A stretch of DNA of 61,486 nucleotides, filler included, from Basidiobolus ranarum (taxonomy: Eukaryota), in assembly GCA_040143965.1 (NCBI GenBank). It is 9 parts of 9 records of this genome, joined end to end, with 100 filler letters (N's around TTAATTAATTAA, not from the genome) between each part and the next. Parts side by side here need not be neighbours in the genome. Positions count along the whole stretch, not along the records: positions 47,932 to 54,659 come from JASJQH010008134.1; positions 54,760 to 61,486 come from JASJQH010008135.1; 7 more parts are not named here. The stretch is one strand, 5' to 3'. The position numbers and the translations under genes are program-made. The notes under the pieces are model-generated. The model ran no database searches. It worked only from the letters and a program-made list of their open reading frames with translations, and was not told where the DNA came from. Position 1 is the first letter of the stretch. Each line of letters begins with the position of its first letter. Positions 51,726 to 61,486 of the stretch are shown in pieces.

Positions 51726-52560
51726 TCATTTGTTCTCAGAAGGTTGATACAAGTTCTTCATGGCCTCCATGACCATGGCATTGCAAAGCTTGGCGTAAGG
51801 GTTTTCCCTAACTGCAGCATCACGAGCAACAGTATTACCATAGTGTGCACCCTTTTCGAAATCAAGTCTAGCACCTTCCTGATCACCGTTTGATTTCTTG
51901 ACGATAGCACGTTGCGTGTATGCCTAGAGATACAGTGTTACTGTTATACTAACATAATATCAAAGATTTACGACAGAGCACTTACTTGTTTCAATACTGA
52001 GACGTCACCGTTAGCTGTTTCAATCGCTTTCTCCAAATCTTCCAATGCACCTGCAGTGTCCTCATTTAGTCTTCTGGCTTGGGCTCTAAAAGGGAAAATT
52101 TAAGTAAAGTACGACTACAAAATAATAGGGGAAAGAAAATACCTATTATTATAGGCAGACGAGTATTGAGGACATTCGTCAATAATTTCTGAAAGTTTCT
52201 TGATAGCTTCAACCAGATTTCCATTCTCTGCAATTTTAACTGCCTCTACTTCTGAGGCCTTGAGTTTAGCCAGTAAATCGGCGGGGATTTCATCTGCACA
52301 AAAGAAAAACCTCAATAACTGCATTGTTTAGAAAGATAATAAATTAATGAGTAGTATACCAGTATATGAAGTTCCCTTGGAAGAATCACCGGATTCAGGG
52401 GAAAACGGAACACCCTCTGACAAAAAATACTTTAGCTATTTGTTTATAATTTCAACGTGTATATTTCAAATACAATACCAGGGTTAAAGACACGGTCGAG
52501 AACTTGTCTATCATGCTCACTGATACTGTCAATATCGCGCAAAGAGGGTGTTTTTATCAT
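51726..52560 (-). CDS. TPR protein, TTC36-like; 5 exons
   Basis: SEHDRQVLDRVFNP, EVEAVKIAENG...PQYSSAYNNR|AQ, QAYTQRA and C-terminal ENPYAKLCNAMV are hallmark TTC36 motifs. Confidence 0.88.
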
Positions 52561-54659
52561 TGTAGTGTATAGAAAGAGAAGAGAATAGTTGAGTACTACA
52601 TCAATAATCCGGGGGAGTTTATAGCTGTATTTCTCTTCTCACAAGTCGCTGATCCATTGGTTATGTTTGAGAATGTATGCTGACTCCTTCGATTTTTTAC
52701 CCACGCTGCTGTTTTAATTCAGTCACAAGATCAATTGTATTTAGGGTATATCCCCCAAGTAAGAAATATTTTCACACATAAGCTTGGAACTTAAAAATCA
52801 AATAAATATTAGATGAATGTTAAAATTTGGAGTAAGAAAATGACAAAACATAGACTGTAATGACATTAGTACTCTTGGATGGCGCTTTGAAGCAATATTT
52901 ACGGTATAGGACAGTCATTAGAGCATGAAAAATCCATGTCAATCAATACCAAACTGAAAGATTCACAGTTACTTTAGGTGATTTAATGATCAAAGATTTC
53001 TCTAGAGACACTATGCCCGGCTTTGATTAATAGCAAGTCTCAAGTTGAAGAAATTAATGTGAAGAATAGTTGATATCAAGTAGTGCAACCCTAGTTTTCA
53101 TAATAGATTATATCATAAGCAGTCATTTCAACTGTATGTTACAATTCAGAAATGTTCTTATAAAACAATAAGTTAACCTGTGAAATATTCAGCTGACAAT
53201 GGCTTAATTAAGGAACAAGCAGACAAAATAAAAATATATCACTTAGGGAGAGTGATGTTAGGCCTGTATATCTTTCTATCTAAGGAAGCATCCAAATAAC
53301 AAGTTGCTTTTTGATAATCATCCAAGCATTTCTGACCCTTCTAATGTATTCAGCAGACAAAGATTAGTGTTTATGGGGCTATGGAGATTGTGTAAAGTTA
53401 AGCTAAAACTTAATATGCTTTATCAAGTAGCTATGGACTAATACAAATAGCAGCATCATCGTACATGTAGCTCCTATAACCGAAGAATCCTGCTTTAGGG
53501 TTCAAAAGTGCCGGAAAGCTCATACTGTATCAAACTATTTAGCCGCCAAAGCAACAATTCAAGAGCTTGAGGGATACTGAAGTCGCTTGTCGAGATCCGG
53601 TTATTCTCTTTTGATCTCGAGTATTATATATAACTTCATTAAAGCCGGGATGATATCGTGATACTATCTTGTGACATGTACAAGCTGCAAAATTGAGTTT
53701 TATCCATTCAAGTGGATTTGACCCCAACGATCATACAAAATCGACGATATAATTGTCAATCAAATCTGAAACATGTCGAGATCGAGTATATGGAGTATCA
53801 GCTGATCATTGACAGATACGCTTGATTTTGTCAGTTCTAGTGGCTCTCATGGAAAAGCAGCATCATCTTACCAGTGTGGTGTAGAATGTGGATTATGTGA
53901 CTCTTCTGACAAGTACAAGGTTGCAAGGGTCTCAAGTTACTTATTTTTATATGGACTCGGTCTCACATTGTCGCCGCATTGGCTTGCTATTTAGTGACTG
54001 ATGAGGAGTTCTGAGACCTTGAAGTTTGCGACACTCAAGTATCCACACCCGGTATTGATCTATTTGGGGCAAGCATATGTTAGGGAGTAAATACACCCAT
54101 ATCTGGACAGGCTCTCCTAATTAACGGACACCTAATGAAGAGTGAAAGCCTGCTTCAGCAGGAGATTTTATCAGCTGCACTCTAGTAAAAGTAGCCTTGA
54201 GCGTGTCTCTATTATTTGTATTGCTTGTATCTGATTTCTAGACTAGGAACTTCACATTTTTCTCACTAACTTTCCACTACTATGTCACTTTGAACCGTTC
54301 TCCAGAGCCCTGAATGTGTGTTTGTTGACAAAATGCACCCACTGTATGTTACATAGGAACTGGCATGAACTTCATTGGTGACACGAGAATGTGATTCGTC
54401 CCAAGTATGTACTTCTACCTGTTTTGGAGGCTCAATCAGTTATTTAAATCAGCCAATGGGGATCCAGAAGCCTCTCAAACAAAGCAATGTGCAGTATCAG
54501 TTCGTTGCAGAGCACAGACATGAGCATTGAGATGCATAGGGATTCAGTGATGACCATGCTGATGGAAGTGATGAGAATGGCACAAGTAGTGGGGGGAGAT
54601 GATGACAAAGGAGCTAGTTGTGGACTAAATAGTTTGCATACCGGACTTAGCCGGTCATC

Positions 54660-54759
54660 NNNNNNNNNNNNNNNNNNNNNNNNNNNNNNNNNNNNNNNNN
54701 NNNTTAATTAATTAANNNNNNNNNNNNNNNNNNNNNNNNNNNNNNNNNNNNNNNNNNNN
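54660..54759. other. Artificial contig-joining spacer
   Basis: N44-TTAATTAATTAA-N44. Confidence 0.99.
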
Positions 54760-56840
54760 TAATGAGAGTAATCGCTAAGATCATTCCCAAGAATGAAGTT
54801 TCTTCCATTGCCCTCAACTATATTGCTACTATGTGCGCTGGTCTTGTCAATCGTCGTTGCTTCGAAGTTGTTGAGTGGGATATGTGTATTGTACCCTATC
54901 TTTCTCCTTATATTCTTCAACAAAATGCCGACACTGTCTGTGCTGGTATTTTGAAATACTACGTCGATTGGGATGAGAAGCGTGCTAAGGACGCCGCCGC
55001 TGCTGCTGAAGATGAGGAAGGTGAAGAGCTTTGTGACTGCGAGTTCTCCCTTGCTTATGGTGGTATGATTTTATTGAACAACACTAGACTCAAGTTACGT
55101 CGTGGACAGCGTTATGGACTTTGTGGACCTAACGGTGTTGGTAAATCTACACTGATGAGATCTATAGCCGAAGGAAAACTTAACGGTTTCCCATCTGCTG
55201 ATGAGCTCAAGACTGTTTTCGTCGAACATAACTTACAAGCTGAAGAGGCCGAACTTGGTGTTCGTGAATTCATCGCCAAGGATGAAGGTCTTACAAATGT
55301 AACCGTGGAGGAGATCAGAGAGATGCTCTCCAGTGTTGGTTTTACTGAGGAGATGCAACTCATGGCTGTGTCTTCCCTTTCTGGTGGTTGGAAAATGAAA
55401 TTGGAGTTGGCCCGTGCTATGTTGATGCAAGCCGATATCTTACTCCTTGATGAACCTACCAATCACTTGGATGTTACCAATGTCGCTTGGTTAGAGAATT
55501 ATCTCAATAGCCTCACCAACGTAACCAGTATTCTTGTTTCTCACGACTCAGGCTTCTTGGATAATGTTTGTACCAACATTATTCATTATGAAAGCCGCAA
55601 GTTAAAGATTTACAAGGGTAATCTCTCTCAGTTTGTTATCCAAGTCCCTGAAGCCAAATCCTATTACGAACTTGCCAGTGCTACTCATAAATTCAAGTTA
55701 CCCACTCCTGGTATTTTGGATGGTGTAAAATCAAAGGGTAAGGCCATCTTAAAGATGACCAACATTGGTTTCACCTATCCTGGAGCTAGCAAGCAGGCTC
55801 TTCATGATATCTCCGTTCAATGTTCTTTGAACTCTCGTGTTGCCGTTCTCGGTCCTAATGGTGCTGGTAAGTCCACTATGATCAAGGTACTCACTGGAGA
55901 AATTGTTCCCGATTGCGGTGAAATCAAGAAGCATCCTAATCTTCGTGTAGCCTATGTTGCTCAGCACGCCTTCCACCACATTGAAGAACACCTCGATAAA
56001 ACTCCTAATGAATATATTCGCTGGCGTTATCAGAGTGGTGAAGATCGCGAGTCTTTGAGTAAGGCTAGTAACCAGATCACCGAAGAGGAACAGAAGCAGA
56101 TGGATACCGTCGTTGTTTGGGATAATGAGAAGCTCAAGGTTGAAGGGCTATATGGACGTCGTAAGGCCGGCCGTTCTTCTGAATATGAAGTTCAATGGAT
56201 TGGCAAGAGCCATGAAGACAATGCTTGGGTCCCACGTGAAGATTTAGAGAAGTGGGGATTCAAGAAGATGTTGGATGCTTACGATGCCAAGGAAGCCGCC
56301 CTTGCTGGTGCTTGGACTAGACAATTGACTGCTAAGGAAGTAGAGAAGCATCTTGGTGATCTTGGATTAGATGCCGAATTTGCTACTCACAATCGTATTC
56401 GTGGTTTATCTGGTGGTCAAAAGGTCAAGGTTGTAATTGCCGCTGCTATGTGGCTCAACCCTCACTTATTAGTTCTTGACGAACCTACGAATTACTTGGA
56501 TCGTGATTCTCTTGGTGCTCTTGCTGAGGCCATCAAGGAATACGAGGGAGGTGTAGTTATGATTTCCCATCACACTGAATTCACCTCCAGCTTGTGTTCC
56601 GAGACCTGGAAGGTGGATGCCGGTACCGTCGAACTTGAAGGTAACGACTACTCCGCCAATGCTGGTGAGAAGATCCAAGGACGTGACGAAGCAGCAACCA
56701 AGATTGATGCTTTCGGTAACGTCTCCAAGGTTGTTTCCAAGAAGAAGCTTACACGTAAGGAACTCAAGCAAAAGCAAAAATGGAGAGCCCAGAGAATTGC
56801 TAATGGTGAGGAAGTAAGCAGTGATGAAGACGATATCTAA
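54760..56840 (+). CDS. YEF3: Translation elongation factor eEF3 (ABCF, tandem NBDs with chromodomain insert), N-terminal HEAT region cut off
   Basis: CEFSLAYGG..LL, GPNGVGKST, LSGGWKMKL, AYVAQHAFHHIE, LSGGQKVKVV and a basic/acidic C-tail. Strong codon bias favours eEF3 over New1. Confidence 0.9.
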
Positions 56841-57276
56841 ATTTACCGTCTTGTCTCTTCTCTTTCAGTCGCTTTTCAAAGAACCCTTTTTACTCCCTGT
56901 TATATTTCCATTATCAACGTTCATACAATTATTGCTGTCATATTAGAAAGAAATTCATAATCTATTCCACAAATAAGTTATTCAAAGCAATCACATGATA
57001 AAATAAATCGTAGATTATAATCCCAGCCAAGTCCCCTTCAGTATTAGTGATAAGTTCATATTTTTGTCGTGACTAGAGATGTGTCATGACAACACTATTC
57101 TAGAATTATTCAGCAATAATAATTAAACCCGCCAATAGAGCTGGAAGAAACTCCATAATTTAATTTGATCTAGACTGACTATAGCTTAAGCTAGAAAGTC
57201 GGTTAAATGGTTGGTTTATTTCCTGACGAATCAATAGGGTGGACTAAATTGGTATACTCAATGAAGAAAATGCACA

Positions 57277-58320
57277 TCATTGGGTTAGCTGATCTAATTT
57301 AATTTTTTCGAGTAGGGCCTCGATTTGAGGTGCTTTGACCGCGGCCTCAGTAGTGCTGTTGGGATCAAAGTAAGGTCTTTCACCAAGCACAGTTACGCGC
57401 TCACCGTATCTACTATAAGGATAGTAATCGGGGGTTGCGTTGTGTTGTGTACTACGATTATCCCAGATAGCCACGGAATTGGGAGTCCAAGACCAACGTA
57501 CTTGAGCTTCGTGGCTACGTTGAAGATGGTTGAACAAAAAGTCCAGGATCACATCTGATTCTATAGGAGTGAGCTCCTTAATGGCTTTGGTGAAGATAGC
57601 ATTAACAAATAGCCCTTTCTGATTTGTCAATGGATTGGTTCGAACTAATGGGTGCTCAGTATTAGTTGGAATCTCTCTTGTCAGTGGCTTACCGGAAAGC
57701 TCGGCAAGTTTGACAAACACTTCACCACTGTGAATCCCGGTCAATCCATCCAAAAACTTCTGGAACTCAGGGCTTAGTTTATCATAGAGAGCATAGGAAT
57801 TTGACCACAGCGTATCTCCACCCGTTGCAGGGACTTGTTTTAATTGAAGGATGGAGAAAGATGCTGGATGTTCTTCAAATGAGATATCGGTGTGCCAGTA
57901 TCCTTTACGATAAATATTATCCACGTACGGAATGGATTTTCCCGCTCCAGATGGAATCACAATTTCTGGATATGAATCTGGGGCAGAGATAAATGGATGA
58001 ATATGAAGTTCACCAAGTCTTCGGCCAAACTTAAGCTCATCTTCTTGAGTAAACTCTTGATTCCTAAAGAAAACCACCCCTCTCTCGGCGATTAAAGCCA
58101 GGAGATCCTCAAGTTGAGCATCTGTCAAGTTGGACAACTGCAGGCCTTCGAGCTCAGTACCAATGGATGGGGTGAGGTCAGTACGTTTAGTTGCTACATC
58201 CAACAGATTCTTGCGCTCTGGATGAGCATTAAAGCCTTGTATATACTTAGAGTTACGATAACTATCAAGAGAGTTAGCGGAGGCTTCTGTTACTGAGGTT
58301 GCTTGATTGGGGACAGTCAT
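57277..58320 (-). CDS. Fe(II)/2-oxoglutarate sulfonate dioxygenase (TauD/Jlp1 family), intronless
   Basis: DLTPSIGTEL, ERGVVFFRNQ, WHTDISFE (HxD), GGDTLWS, EHPLVRT and AIWDNRSTQH. Likely ATG at 58320. Confidence 0.93.
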   Translation of the reverse strand: MTVPNQATSVTEASANSLDSYRNSKYIQGFNAHPERKNLLDVATKRTDLTPSIGTELEGLQLSNLTDAQLEDLLALIAERGVVFFRNQEFTQEDELKFGRRLGELHIHPFISAPDSYPEIVIPSGAGKSIPYVDNIYRKGYWHTDISFEEHPASFSILQLKQVPATGGDTLWSNSYALYDKLSPEFQKFLDGLTGIHSGEVFVKLAELSGKPLTREIPTNTEHPLVRTNPLTNQKGLFVNAIFTKAIKELTPIESDVILDFLFNHLQRSHEAQVRWSWTPNSVAIWDNRSTQHNATPDYYPYSRYGERVTVLGERPYFDPNSTTEAAVKAPQIEALLEKIKLDQLTQ

Positions 58321-60149
58321 GTTTGAGAGTAGATGAGTAGAGGAATACGTGATAAGTGAAGATACCTTGAACTGAATCAATATATACTATGTTGTAGGGA
58401 AGCTACGACCAGTGTCGCCATCGCTTGCAAAGCTTTCATAATTCTGTTTCATGGTCACATCATACTCTGCCTCGGATGACACTATGTCTGAAGGTGGGCT
58501 TTGGGCTTCAATTTAACTAGTAGTTACCCATTTTGTGAGTGCGCGATCTGCTAACTAGTTAGTACAGACACTGTGAATGGGATTAAGTTGACTAGTTGTG
58601 TGATTAAAACACCTAGTTTGGGGAAATCTACGGACTCTAGATATTAGGTGATCATCGAGGGAAATGGCATTATTTGTTTATTTAATTGATGGGATGGAAA
58701 GAATTATATGTAACTGGTAAGTACAGGATTGAAAAAGCAGGTTGGTTTCTGTGTGTAACAAGTTAATTGAATCTCATCAATGTTTGATTGAATTGTTGTC
58801 AATATTATCTAAGCGTTCAGTCCATCCGTCACAATAGCCAATAATTAGCAAATGGCCATATCTAACGTATACTAATATGATGGTGCGTTCGATTCTGTTA
58901 TAACCTTGGGAATCATCAACGAATATATGCTTCACAGACCATAAAAACAGAGATGGCTAGTTCATCCTTACGAGGCAGGGCACATTACATGTATTCTCTG
59001 TGTTGTGTGAAGATCTGAAAGTGATCTATGAGCTCTCCCGTCATTCATTTGAGATCGCTACAATAATTAGCCAACTGATTGAAAGCATACTATCAGTGTA
59101 TTTGGCAATTTATTTGCATCTGCTTTTACTAAGCAACATACTTATCTAAGATGTGATCGACTTCTCTATCTCTAATCAGACAAATACCTATCTTGGTCAC
59201 ATTGGACTTGTTGCCCTCTATAGTGCCAGATTCTATGGCTGTATATAGAACATTGGATCAAGTATTCTGAAAACCATGCGGCACAATTTGCCACTATCCA
59301 GCACCCTCCAACACAATCAATTTCAATCATTCGATTACTCTATTACATTGAGCCAAGGTCCGATAACCTCTGGCCTGATGGAACAAGTCTATTGTTACAC
59401 TTCACCTGATGTTATTGGAAATGGTATTATCTTCATTTCCCTCTCTTAGCATTTCCAACAGACACAGGCCATATCTGGTTTGTTGACAAGTAACTAATTA
59501 GATAGCAATCAGATGGTGGTGCTTGCTTACCATATATTACTTGGTCATTATCTTTGTGGATGCGCCTACCACCTCCAATAGGCGCTTAGAATACCACCTG
59601 ATGGAATTTCTTTGGATATTCATTCTATTCCCCAATTTACAAGAATGCATTGCCTTCCTAGGTGGTAGAGTCACGTGATATTTGCCTCAGCCACTTCCAA
59701 GATGACGTTAGAGATGCATGCGCATTCGCCTCTATACTTTCCAACGTTTTCTGATTTCAAATATTGTGAGCGATGTGGAATTTCCCTAGTCTTATTATCT
59801 GCTGTACACTCTGATCTTGCAGCGAGAAGCAGATCACATACACAGCACCCAACCGTTGAACAGCCCCAGATCAAAGGGAGGGAGATATTTGATTGTGTAG
59901 TTACAGCACTCCGATTGTAGTTCGTGCCTGAATCAGTGCTGATTGGAAATTCCGATGCTATCTTGCTTGGAAGTGTTAATGGATGCAATGGAGAACATGC
60001 ATTCCGTAATAGAATGTGAACTAGTGTTTTGTATCGTACATTGGATGATTTCTAAGAAATCCATCTAAACTGACGCACCTTTGGCATCCTTTCTTCATAG
60101 CAGTCCAATCATATTATTATCAATCTTGTAGTTGTTTGTATAGTCATTT

Positions 60150-61486
60150 CTTAGGTTGAGAACGTCTATTGATATAACTGAGTCCAGATATCTCATATTT
60201 AGCATACTTACTAATTTATCAACTATGTGCGTAGTTTGTAACTCATTTTATTTGCACTATCATTGAAACAAGTGGGGCAAGAAAAAAAAATAGAATCTTA
60301 CTGCCAATGCATTTTGCTTCACATAATCTATTAAAATTTATTCCTACTCCAGAATTGAAGGTATTTGTAAATAGTTGTAAATGTGAATTTCTTTAAATCC
60401 TTGCCACTGAAATATACTATACCAGAGTGAGTTCAATTAGATTATGAATAGTAAAGCATAGTAACTTACTAACATGTAAACAATTAGTCTTTTATCTAAA
60501 AACCTGTTGAATAACCACTTCAAAATTAAATCCATTCACTAGTGTACCATTTTCAAAAAATGCCTCATGTATTGGAAAATATTGTAATTTGGATTTTTTC
60601 TATTGGACAGAATCTCAATATTTATGTCTCATACTTAGCATACCGTATTTGGAATTCCCAAATATTTCATGCATCCAGTAGCACATACCTGGATATATGT
60701 AACGTGCCCCAAACTCCTTAAGCATTGGCTTTAAACATTCTTATTATCCTATTACTACCAAATCATGAGAAGCACCAAGGGATAATTGCTATGGCTCTTT
60801 GAAGCTTATTGGTTAGTGTGTTAAGTTCAAATGGAGCCACTTGAAGTACCTATGCTTGCTTCTTCATATAAGGTGCTGGAGGATCTTGACATAATGGGGG
60901 TAGACTTTATATATTAGAGGCAACTTTTGATAGTGTTTTCAGTTACTTTATTCTTAAGAAAATATGGTCACTTATATCAAGAAGTAAATCAATTGCTTGA
61001 GATATTCAGAAGTTTATATAATAAGATATAATAGATAAGTGGGGGTAATAAGATATGCTTGTTATATAAATATGTATAAATTCCTATCTAGAATCTAGGG
61101 GCTATTGGTATGTTGCTTTCTGTTTCTGATATATGTATCATGACAAGAGTGAACTAAGATGTTCAATAAAGTTTAATTTTCCAACACTGTCCCTTAATTC
61201 TTACTCAGCATTGTGCTTATATTCAATAATGCCTAGGCCTGCTATTAACTTTCAAAGCTTGAAGTTTTGAGTGGTTTTGTTAGTGAATTGGCTGTTGAAG
61301 TTTATTGTCTTTATCATATATGTTATCCCTATCTTTATACACCTAACTATTTCATATATCACATATTAGTTAGTTAACATTATTTAGTCAAATATCACTT
61401 AGCTACAAATCGGAACATATATTTTATATATATGTGAATTATGTGAGAATTAGCAATTACATATTGGAAATTTCAAACTCGTCCAA
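60150..61486. repeat. AT-rich CpG-poor repeat-derived region, partly related to repeat 'Z'
   Basis: 61195-61260 resembles 11380-11440. 60355-60430 weakly resembles the reverse complement of 12455-12540. Confidence 0.4.

Noticed and set aside
55112-56777. Long antisense ORFs over eEF3 (also over the ABCB, kinesin and TauD genes)
   Set aside because: These are shadow ORFs caused by codon bias of the sense gene.
57277-58320. Intronless TauD as a recent bacterial horizontal transfer
   Set aside because: The N-terminal extension and DLTPSIGTE/LIAERGVVFFRNQ look like fungal Jlp1-type enzymes, and other native genes here (PHO85, kinesin) are also intronless. A phylogeny would be needed.
1-61486. 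tRNA, rRNA, snRNA genes or U12-type introns
   Set aside because: None recognised by eye. All mapped introns are GT-AG U2-type. A covariance-model scan was not possible.

Overview
Eukaryotic DNA from an intron-rich fungus, probably early-diverging (Zoopagomycota/Mucoromycota-like; the lineage is my inference from eEF3 plus animal-like genes). The window is not a contiguous locus. It is nine contigs of non-increasing length (6759, 6754, 6749, 6744, 6744, 6742, 6739, 6728, 6727 bp) joined by artificial 100-bp N44-TTAATTAATTAA-N44 spacers, so gene neighbourhood is meaningful only within a contig. Recognisable genes are a kinesin-6, a partial DHA2-type MFS pump, a head-to-tail ABCB1/MDR array with an intervening pseudogene, a trihelix Myb/SANT factor, RPS14, an HMGB-type protein, ALG10, DPH2, PHO85, a TTC36-like TPR protein, eEF3 and a TauD/Jlp1 dioxygenase. 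TE graveyards contain a Ty1/copia family (~345-bp LTR, half-tRNA-iMet PBS) and a gypsy integrase remnant, all strongly CpG-depleted. The most interesting signals are an animal MKLP1-type Arf6-binding tail on the fungal kinesin-6, a stand-alone HMG20/BRAF35-like coiled-coil gene, TE-restricted CpG loss, a conserved 144-bp-spaced TCCGCAG pair in two ABCB promoters, and an unidentified repeated degenerate ORF lying antisense to copia fragments. All homology calls are by eye or from memory and need database confirmation.
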